47,413 nt of DNA from Burkholderiales bacterium (GTDB lineage: Bacteria > Pseudomonadota > Gammaproteobacteria > Burkholderiales > SG8-39): positions 1 through 47,413 of the forward strand of contig JBBQNG010000002.1 of the NCBI GenBank assembly GCA_038329645.1, read 5' to 3'. Below the pieces are notes generated by a model, which did no database searches, was not told where the DNA came from, and saw only the letters and a list, made by a program, of their open reading frames with translations. A program made the position numbers and the translations under genes. The stretch's first letter is position 1. Every line of letters begins with the position of its first letter. Below, piece by piece: positions 26,133 to 36,479 of the stretch.

Positions 26133-26747
26133 ATGAGCGGCACTCTCTCGAAGCTGGTGGTGGCGCTTGCGATCCTGCTCGGCGCGCCTGCCGCGCAGGC
26201 CGACGATATCGAGCTGCTCGAGGCGCGGCTCGAACAGATCGAAGACGGCGTGGTGCTCAATGCCGATTTTGCTTTCGACTTCAATCCCCGCCTCGAGCAG
26301 GCAGTGACCAACGGTGTGCCTTTGTACTTCGTCGTCGAGTTCGAGCTGACCCAGCCGCGCTGGTACTGGTTCGACGAAAGGACCGCAACCCGGCGCCTGC
26401 AGACCCGGCTTTCGTACCACGCGCTTTCCCGCCATTACAGGCTGTCGACCGGATTGCTGCAGCAGAACTACGCCTCGCTCGGCGAGGCCCTGGCGGTGCT
26501 GCGCCGTGTGCGCAACTGGCTCGTGCTGGAAAAGAGCGTTCCGCTTTCCGATGCCAACTACCAGGCCGCGTTGCGCATGCGGCTCGACCTGAGCCTGCTG
26601 CCCAAGCCGTTTCAGGTAAATGCGCTTACCAGCCGCGAATGGCATCTGGAATCGGAGTGGAAGCGCTTCGGCTGGCGGCCCGGCACTTCGCCCTCGATTT
26701 CCGCGTCGCCCTCCGCAGACAAGCGTGAGGCGGCCGAGGCCAAATGA
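26133..26747 (+). CDS. DUF4390-like secreted protein
   Basis: 204 aa from the ATG at 26133, with a signal peptide (LVVALAILLGAPAAQADD). It occupies the position between rsmB and the NtrY-like kinase where DUF4390 proteins are found in beta- and gammaproteobacteria. ATGA overlap with the kinase start. Confidence 0.75.
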   Translation: MSGTLSKLVVALAILLGAPAAQADDIELLEARLEQIEDGVVLNADFAFDFNPRLEQAVTNGVPLYFVVEFELTQPRWYWFDERTATRRLQTRLSYHALSRHYRLSTGLLQQNYASLGEALAVLRRVRNWLVLEKSVPLSDANYQAALRMRLDLSLLPKPFQVNALTSREWHLESEWKRFGWRPGTSPSISASPSADKREAAEAK

Positions 26748-28858
26748 AGACCCTGCTGATCCTCGGTATTGCCCTGGCCGGCGTGCTGCTTTTCCTCCTC
26801 GCGACCGCAAGCGCCAATACTTCGCTCTTCGCCGAGCACTACTCGCTCCTGCTCGGGCTCAACGCCGTGCTCGCCGTGGCGCTGCTGGCAGTCGTCGGTT
26901 ACCAGCTTGGATCGCTGCGGCTGCGCCTCAAGCGCCGTGTATTCGGCTCCCGCCTCACCCTGAGATTCCTGGTCATGTTTGCCACCATGGCGCTGGTGCC
27001 GGGCGTCCTCGTCTACACGGTTTCGGTCCAGTTCCTGTCCAAGAGCATCGAGTCCTGGTTCGACGTCAGCGTCGACAGCGCGCTCGAAGGCGGGATCAAG
27101 CTGGGCCAGGCAGCAGTAGACCAGATGCTTGCCGAGCTGAACGTAAAGGGGCGCGCCATGGCCCTCGAGCTTGCCGATCGTACCGACAGCCAGCAGGTCG
27201 TGGCGCTGAACCGCCTGCGCCAGCAGGCCGGGGTGGAGGACGCGGTGGTGGTGGCCGCCAATGGCAGGCTCGTCGCAAGTGCGAGCGACAACCTGTCTCA
27301 GCTGGTGCCTGAGCTTCCCAGCTCCCTCCAACTGCGCCAGGCGCGCAGCAATCGCGGGGTTACGTCGATCGATTCGCTGCCCGGCAAGCCGCTTGGCCTG
27401 CGCGCCATCGTGCCAATCTCGGCCTCGGCGATTTCGGATGAGACCCGCTACCTGCAGCTGCGCCAGCCGGTGCCTGAGACGCTTGCCAGGAGCGCCGAAG
27501 CGGTCGAGGCCGTCTACGGCGATTACCGCAAGCTGTCTTTGTCGCGCCAGGGGCTCAAGCGCAGCTATATCGTGACCCTCACCCTCGCCCTTTTGATGGC
27601 GCTTTTTTCCGCAGTCGCGCTGGCCTTCATTCTGTCGGACAGGATCTCCGCGCCGCTGTCCGACCTGGCCCAGGCGACGCAGGCCGTGGCGCGCGGCGAT
27701 TTTTCCAAGCGCATGCCGGTGACCAGCCGCGACGAGCTCGGTGTGCTGCTCGAATCGTTCAACAGCATGACGCGCCAGCTCGACGAGGCGCGCCTGGTGG
27801 TCGAATCGAACCGCACGCAGCTGGAGACAGCCAAGGCGAGGCTGGAAAACATCCTCGCCAACCTCTCGGCCGGTGTGCTGGTATTCGATCGCGAGCTGCG
27901 GTTGTCGATCTTCAACCATGGCGCGGCAGCGATCCTCGGTGGGGAGCTCGGCGACCTGAGCGGCAAGGCGCTCGCCGAATGGAAGGGTTTCGAAACGTTT
28001 GCAAGCCCGGTCAGCGAAGCTTTTGCCGCGCACGGTGAAAAAGGCTGGCAGCTCGAGCTTGTCCTGCCGGGTACGGGAAAGACGCTGCTTGCACGCGGCA
28101 CGCCGCTCCCGTCGGGCTACGTGCTCGTGTTCGACGATGTCACGCAGCTGATCCAGGCCCAGCGTGCCACGGCCTGGGCCGAGGTGGCGCGGCGTCTTGC
28201 CCACGAGATCAAGAATCCGCTCACGCCCATTCAGCTTTCCGCCGAAAGGCTCGAGATGAAGCTGGCGGACAAGCTCGGGCCCGAAGACGCCGAGACGCTT
28301 CGCCGAGGCGCGCAAACCATCGTCAACCAGGTAGCCGCGCTCAAAGCGATGGTGGACGATTTCCGCGACTACGCCAGGCTCCCTGCGCCCGTGCTCGCCG
28401 GGCTCGACCTCAACGCGCTTGTCACCGAGGTGCTCACGATGTACGAGACTTCCGGCGTACCGATCCGGCGCAGTTTCGCGTCCGGCCTGGCGCAGGTGCT
28501 TGCCGATTCGGCGCAGATCCGCCAGGTCCTCCACAACCTGGTCCAGAATGCGCAGGACGCGCTGGGGGCCGCCAAGGTCCCGGGCGCCGAAATCGAAGTT
28601 CGCACCGAGGCCGCGGGCGACTCGGTTCGCCTCGTGGTAAGCGACAACGGTGGCGGCTTCCCGGAAGAACTCATGGCGCGCATTTTTGAGCCCTACGTCA
28701 CCACCAAGCCGCGCGGCACGGGCCTGGGCTTGGCGATCGTGAAGAAAATCATCGACGAGCACCACGGGGTGATCGCGATCGAGAACCGGCCCAGGCAGGG
28801 CGCTTCGGTGACCATTCTGCTGCCGGTGCGCGATGGCGCTACGGCAAAGGCGGCCTGA
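26744..28858 (+). CDS. ntrY: NtrY-like sensor histidine kinase (TM-HAMP-PAS-HisKA-HATPase)
   Basis: 704 aa. N-terminal TM segments, a HAMP-like segment (ISAPLSDLAQATQAVARGDFSKR), H-box HEIKNPLTPIQLSAERL (the NtrY signature), N-box LHNLVQNAQDA and G-boxes DNGGGFP and GTGLGLAIVKKI. Confidence 0.85.
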   Translation: MKTLLILGIALAGVLLFLLATASANTSLFAEHYSLLLGLNAVLAVALLAVVGYQLGSLRLRLKRRVFGSRLTLRFLVMFATMALVPGVLVYTVSVQFLSKSIESWFDVSVDSALEGGIKLGQAAVDQMLAELNVKGRAMALELADRTDSQQVVALNRLRQQAGVEDAVVVAANGRLVASASDNLSQLVPELPSSLQLRQARSNRGVTSIDSLPGKPLGLRAIVPISASAISDETRYLQLRQPVPETLARSAEAVEAVYGDYRKLSLSRQGLKRSYIVTLTLALLMALFSAVALAFILSDRISAPLSDLAQATQAVARGDFSKRMPVTSRDELGVLLESFNSMTRQLDEARLVVESNRTQLETAKARLENILANLSAGVLVFDRELRLSIFNHGAAAILGGELGDLSGKALAEWKGFETFASPVSEAFAAHGEKGWQLELVLPGTGKTLLARGTPLPSGYVLVFDDVTQLIQAQRATAWAEVARRLAHEIKNPLTPIQLSAERLEMKLADKLGPEDAETLRRGAQTIVNQVAALKAMVDDFRDYARLPAPVLAGLDLNALVTEVLTMYETSGVPIRRSFASGLAQVLADSAQIRQVLHNLVQNAQDALGAAKVPGAEIEVRTEAAGDSVRLVVSDNGGGFPEELMARIFEPYVTTKPRGTGLGLAIVKKIIDEHHGVIAIENRPRQGASVTILLPVRDGATAKAA

Positions 28859-28861
28859 CCC

Positions 28862-30109
28862 ATGGCCCAAATTCTCGTAGTCGACGACGAAATCGGCATC
28901 CGCGAGCTGCTGTCTGAAATTCTTGCCGACGAGGGCCACCAAGTGATGCTTGCGGAGAATGCGGGCGCGGCCCGCCGGCTGCGTACGGCTCAACGGCCGG
29001 ACCTGGTGCTGCTGGATATCTGGATGCCCGACACCGACGGCATTACGCTGCTCAAGGAGTGGGCAGCCAACGGCCAGCTCACGATGCCGGTGGTAATGAT
29101 GTCCGGGCACGGCACGATCGAGACCGCCGTGGAGGCGACCCGCATCGGCGCGCTCGACTACCTCGAGAAGCCAATCGCGCTGCAGCGCCTGCTCGCGACC
29201 GTAAAGCGCGCGCTGCGCAACCAGGACGTGCCCGTTTCGCACCGGCTATCCCTTGCAGCCCTGGGACGCTCGGCGGTGCTTGGCGACCTTAAGAAACGGC
29301 TGGCGCAGCTCGCACAGGTCGGAACGCCCCTGATGCTGCGCGGAGAGCGCGGCATGCAGGCCGAGATGTTCGTGCGTCACCTGCTTGCGGCGGGCGCGCC
29401 TTTCGTGGTGGGCGAGGACGCGCTCAACGATCCGCCCTCGGAAGTGCTGGCGCGCGCGGCCGGCGGGATTCTTTTCGTCGCCGATGTCGCCAAGCTCACG
29501 CGCATCGAGCAGAAAAATCTCGAGTTCCTTCTTGTCCGCGCCGAAAAGCACAAGGCCCGGGTGGTCTCCTTTTCGGCCGTCGAGCCCAAGCGGCTGGTGG
29601 CCGAGCAGGGTTTCGACGCCGACCTGATGGTGCGGCTCTCCGAACTGGTGATCGCGCTTCCCCCGGTACGGGAGTTTGCCGAAGAGATCCCGGATATCGC
29701 GGCGCTCGTGCTTGCGCAGCTGGTCGAGGCCCGAGCCTGCCCGCCGCGGCGGTTTTCAGTTGCGGCCCTCAATGCGCTGCGTCACCACCCCTGGTCCGGC
29801 AATCTCGCCCAGCTCGATGCCGTGGTCAAGAACCTGGCGCTCACAGCCCTGGACGAAGAAGTTCATCTTGAGGATGTCGAGCGTGTCCTCGCTGCGCACT
29901 CGGGGCCGGTGGCCGCGGGCGAGATGCCCCTCGACCAGCCCTATCGCGAAGCGCGCGATGCCTTCGAGCGCCTGTACTTCGAGTACCAGCTGGCGCGCGA
30001 AAACGGCAGCATGTCGCGCGTGGCAGACCGCACCGGCCTGGAGCGCACGCACCTGTACCGAAAACTGAAAGCCCTCGGCCTGCCGGTGGGCCGCCGAGAG
30101 GAAAGCTGA
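28862..30109 (+). CDS. ntrX: NtrX-like response regulator: receiver domain, degenerate sigma54-type AAA+ domain, Fis-type HTH
   Basis: 415 aa. The receiver has LVLLDIWMPDTDG. The central domain aligns to enhancer-binding proteins, but Walker A is RGERGMQAEMF, the GAFTGA segment is absent and Walker B is ILFVADV. The C-terminal HTH is MSRVADRTGLERTHLYRKLKALGL. Confidence 0.85.
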   Translation: MAQILVVDDEIGIRELLSEILADEGHQVMLAENAGAARRLRTAQRPDLVLLDIWMPDTDGITLLKEWAANGQLTMPVVMMSGHGTIETAVEATRIGALDYLEKPIALQRLLATVKRALRNQDVPVSHRLSLAALGRSAVLGDLKKRLAQLAQVGTPLMLRGERGMQAEMFVRHLLAAGAPFVVGEDALNDPPSEVLARAAGGILFVADVAKLTRIEQKNLEFLLVRAEKHKARVVSFSAVEPKRLVAEQGFDADLMVRLSELVIALPPVREFAEEIPDIAALVLAQLVEARACPPRRFSVAALNALRHHPWSGNLAQLDAVVKNLALTALDEEVHLEDVERVLAAHSGPVAAGEMPLDQPYREARDAFERLYFEYQLARENGSMSRVADRTGLERTHLYRKLKALGLPVGRREES

Positions 30110-30116
30110 GCGGGCG

Positions 30117-30500
30117 ATGGCGCGGATCCCGGTGCACATCGTCACCGGCCCGCCGGGGCCAGAGGCCGGCGCCTTCATCGCCCGGAGGTGCGCCGAACGG
30201 ACCGACTGGCTCGGCCTTGTCGCACGGGCGAGGCACCTGCCGGAGACGCCGAACCTGAAATCGCTGGCTTCCGGTTGCCCGTGCTGCACAGGGAAAATCG
30301 TGCTTCAGGTAACGCTCGCCCGGGCCCTGCGGGAAACGCGGGCCGTGCGCGCGTTCGTGGAGCTAGGAGAGAGCACGCATCAGGCCGGCCTGACGCGCGC
30401 CCTGGAAGAGCCGCCATTGGGCTTGTCCGTCGCGAGCGCGCGCCCGGTCCGCCTGCCTGAGGAAGCCGGGCTTCGTGGCGCAGATTTCCCCGACGACTGA
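30117..30500 (+). CDS. Hypothetical 127-aa protein resembling the N-terminal part of CobW/G3E GTPases, with a degenerate P-loop
   Basis: Starts 8 nt after the ntrX-like stop, and GC3 is high. IPVHIVTGPPGPEAG sits where CobW has GFLGAGKTT. SGCPCCTGK matches the CobW NGCICCT motif, and FVELGEST sits where CobW has IETTGLA. It could also be a decayed gene remnant. Confidence 0.5.
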   Translation: MARIPVHIVTGPPGPEAGAFIARRCAERTDWLGLVARARHLPETPNLKSLASGCPCCTGKIVLQVTLARALRETRAVRAFVELGESTHQAGLTRALEEPPLGLSVASARPVRLPEEAGLRGADFPDD

Positions 30501-30566
30501 CGGCGAGGCGTTGGCAGTGAAGGGGGCCGTCGCTATCATGGCGCTGTCCCGAACAAGAACACGGCC

Positions 30567-32021
30567 ATGCTGCTCCAGTTCGTCATTGTCTATCTCATCG
30601 TGTCGATCGGCATCGGCCTGTATGCCGCGACGAAGGTAAAGAACTCCGCCGATTTTGTTGTCGCCGGCCGCCACCTTCCCCTGCCGTTCATCGTGGCGAC
30701 CGTCTTCGCCACCTGGTTCGGCTCAGAAACCGTTCTCGGCATCCCGTCGAAATTCCTCAACGAAGGCCTCAAGGGCGTTGTGGCCGATCCGTTCGGCTCG
30801 TCGATGTGCCTCATCTTCGTGGGCCTTTTCTTCGCGCGGCCGCTGTACCGCATGGGCTTGCTCACCATCGGCGACTTCTATCGGGCCCGCTACAATCGCG
30901 CGATCGAGCTGACCGCCGCCGTCTGCATAGTCATCTCCTACCTGGGATGGGTATCGGCACAGGTGACCGCTCTCGGCCTGGTGTTCAACGTCCTCACCGA
31001 AGGTGCGCTCGCCCCCTGGCAGGGCATGATGCTCGGCGTCGCCATCGTGCTGGTGTACACCCTGGCCGGCGGCATGTTCTCGGTCGCGTTCACGGACCTG
31101 TTCCAGATGCTCATCATCGGCGTCGGGATGGTGTACATCGCGGTGGTGGTTTCCGGCATGGCGGGCGGGGCGGGTGTCGTGGTGGAGCACGCACGGGCAG
31201 CCGGCAAGCTCGATTTCCTCCCGGCGCTGGAGCCGCGCGACATGATCGCCTTCGCCGCGGCCTGGATGACGATGGCGCTGGGTTCGATTCCGCAGCAGGA
31301 CGTGTTCCAGCGCGTGAGCGCGGCGAAAAACGAGAACACCGCCGCGCTGGGCTCGGTGCTGGGCGGATCCATCTATTTCTTCTTTGCATTCGTGCCGATG
31401 TTCCTCGCGTACTCGGCCAGCCTTATCGACCCGAAGATGGTGGCCGACCTGCTCGCCAAGGACTCACAGTACATCCTGCCGCGGCTGATCCTCGACCACG
31501 CGCCGTTCGCGGTGCAGGTCATGTTCTTCGGCGCGCTGCTTGCGGCGATCCTGTCGTGCTCGTCGGCTACCCTGCTCGCGCCTTCCGTCACATTCGCCGA
31601 GAACGTGCTGCGCAATTTCTTCCCCAACATCACCGACGACCAGTTCCTGCGCATGCTGAGGATCGTGGTGCTGCTCTTCGCCATCGGTGTGCTGGTATTC
31701 GCGATGACCTCCAACTCGACTATCTACGGCATGGTGGAGAACGCCTACAAGATCACGCTGGTGGCGGCTTTTACCCCGCTTGCTTTTGGTCTCTACTGGA
31801 AGCGCGCCACAACGCAAGGCGCCGCGGCAGCAATGGCACTGGGCCTGGGCACCTGGCTTGCGCTCGAGTTCGGCGCGCCCGACGGGTTTTTTCCACCCCA
31901 GTTTGCCGGTCTGATGGCGGCCATTTTCGGGATGGTGGCCGGGTCGCTGTTGCCGCAGTGGTACGCCGGCACATCGCACGCCGGTCGCCGCGCCGCCCTA
32001 GCGCACAGCGTCAAATCCTAG
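30567..32021 (+). CDS. Sodium:solute symporter (SSF) family transporter
   Basis: 484 aa with about 13 hydrophobic segments. The N-terminal region (VVAGRHLPLPFIVATVFATWFGSETVLG) is typical of the SSF family. Confidence 0.9.
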   Translation: MLLQFVIVYLIVSIGIGLYAATKVKNSADFVVAGRHLPLPFIVATVFATWFGSETVLGIPSKFLNEGLKGVVADPFGSSMCLIFVGLFFARPLYRMGLLTIGDFYRARYNRAIELTAAVCIVISYLGWVSAQVTALGLVFNVLTEGALAPWQGMMLGVAIVLVYTLAGGMFSVAFTDLFQMLIIGVGMVYIAVVVSGMAGGAGVVVEHARAAGKLDFLPALEPRDMIAFAAAWMTMALGSIPQQDVFQRVSAAKNENTAALGSVLGGSIYFFFAFVPMFLAYSASLIDPKMVADLLAKDSQYILPRLILDHAPFAVQVMFFGALLAAILSCSSATLLAPSVTFAENVLRNFFPNITDDQFLRMLRIVVLLFAIGVLVFAMTSNSTIYGMVENAYKITLVAAFTPLAFGLYWKRATTQGAAAAMALGLGTWLALEFGAPDGFFPPQFAGLMAAIFGMVAGSLLPQWYAGTSHAGRRAALAHSVKS

Positions 32022-32044
32022 ACTTTTATTTCGTAAGATCGGCT

Positions 32045-32070
32045 TCCCGAGCCGGTTTCGGGACTTTTTT
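32045..32070 (+). terminator. Candidate intrinsic terminator after the symporter gene
   Basis: TCCCGA-gccggtt-TCGGGA (6-bp stem) followed by CTTTTTT, about 25 nt after the TAG. Confidence 0.5.
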
Positions 32071-32091
32071 GTACTGGTACAAGTACATTCA

Positions 32092-32472
32092 CTAGGCACG
32101 AAACATGCCCCAAGCTAATGCCGCCCAGGATGCGATGAAAGCCGTGCCGCCCAGGGGCGCCACGGCGCCGAGCCACTTCTCGCCTGACAGCGCGAGCGCG
32201 TAAAGGCTGCCGGAGAACAACACGATCCCCGCGCCCATCAGCCAGCCGGAAACCCGCAGCGACGTACTGTCCGGCAGATGCACCAGCGCCAGGCCCACCA
32301 GCACGAGACCGAGCGCATGGTAGAAGTGATACTGCACGCCGGTCTGGTAGAGGGCGAGCATTTCCACAGACAGGCGCGTTTTCAGGCCGTGCGCGCCGAA
32401 CGCACCGATGATCACCGCCAGCAGGGCGAAGAGGCTGCCGAGCGAGACGAAGAGCTTGGCCGCGGCGGGCAT
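32092..32472 (-). CDS. DUF423 (YgdD-like) small membrane protein
   Basis: 126 aa with four hydrophobic helices. GAFGAHGLK and the YQTGVQYHFYHALGL motif are typical of DUF423. It starts 7 nt after the metH stop. Confidence 0.8.
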   Translation of the reverse strand: MPAAAKLFVSLGSLFALLAVIIGAFGAHGLKTRLSVEMLALYQTGVQYHFYHALGLVLVGLALVHLPDSTSLRVSGWLMGAGIVLFSGSLYALALSGEKWLGAVAPLGGTAFIASWAALAWGMFRA

Positions 32473-32478
32473 CGCAGG

Positions 32479-36207
<3,729 letters not shown>

Positions 36208-36366
36208 TGCGGGGGACTCCAGAAAGCAAAAAACCCGTTCAGCTTGCGCCAGAAACGGGTTGCTCCCCTCGTCTCTTTAGCTGGATTTGTTTTTCCGGTG
36301 GAAACCCCCACCGGGCGCCCGCAAGCTGAACCTCAAATCGGCGCTGGCACTAATGTGCTAGTACAG
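36208..36366 (-). promoter_or_regulatory. Structured metH leader: riboswitch-like or attenuator-like element, class unassigned
   Basis: On the minus strand there is a hairpin CCGGTGG/CCACCGG (36295-36314). A 12-bp long-range helix pairs GTTCAGCTTGCG (36320-36331) with CGCAAGCTGAAC (36237-36248). That helix is mutually exclusive with the terminator hairpin at 36228-36261. The GGAG Shine-Dalgarno sequence is at 36217-36220. Confidence 0.45.
36228..36261 (-). terminator. Leader (attenuator) terminator upstream of metH
   Basis: The minus strand has AACCCGTT (36254-36261) pairing with AACGGGTT (36232-36239), followed by a T-run; six consecutive T in total, 36228-36233. The 14-nt loop contains the 3' strand of the competing long-range helix. 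Confidence 0.5.
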
Positions 36367-36390
36367 GCGACATTGTCCCCGCGCCTCATA

Positions 36391-36438
36391 GGGACTGTCA
36401 ACCGCGGGGACTGTCAACCGCGGGGACTGTCAACCGCG
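36391..36438. repeat. Perfect 3 x 16-bp tandem repeat GGGACTGTCAACCGCG
   Basis: Read directly: units at 36391-36406, 36407-36422 and 36423-36438 with no mismatches. The reverse complement of each unit contains TTGACA. A degenerate inverted copy (GACATTGTCCCCGCG) lies at 36369-36383. Confidence 0.9.
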
Positions 36439-36442
36439 CACG

Positions 36443-36448
36443 TATAAT
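36443..36448 (+). promoter_or_regulatory. Consensus -10 hexamer TATAAT for the MFS transporter gene
   Basis: TATAAT lies 4 bp after the last repeat unit and 31 bp before the MFS ATG. No recognisable -35 sits at 17-bp spacing (that position reads gcgggg, inside repeat DNA). Confidence 0.35.
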
Positions 36449-36479
36449 CCACGTCCCGCGCAGAACCGCCGCCGCAGAG

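Noticed and set aside
26612-29242. 876-aa minus-strand ORF
   Set aside because: It is antisense to the NtrY-like kinase and has no domain signatures. The same reasoning applies to the other long shadow ORFs: 5602..7398 (+), 8932..9993 (+), 10178..11740 (+), 12717..13976 (-), 14407..15408 (-), 19141..20445 (+), 21977..23167 (-), 33368..34891 (-), 34928..36229 (-) and 43826..45088 (-).
32071-32084. Near-palindrome TTGTACTGGTACAA between the convergent symporter and DUF423 genes
   Set aside because: A 6-bp stem with a 2-nt loop cannot form a stable hairpin, and no adjacent gene starts here for it to regulate. It is probably incidental. The neighbouring TCCCGA/TCGGGA hairpin with a T-run is the better terminator.
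36208-36366. Assignment of the metH leader to the SAH or cobalamin riboswitch class
   Set aside because: SAH elements are known upstream of betaproteobacterial metH, but I cannot find the conserved SAH core strings or the B12 box by eye. SAM-II-like fragments are incomplete. I therefore left the class unassigned rather than naming it.
36391-36438. Possible CRISPR array or minisatellite
   Set aside because: The units are directly abutting 16-mers with no spacers. There are only three copies and no cas genes in the window, so this is a tandem repeat or operator array, not a CRISPR.
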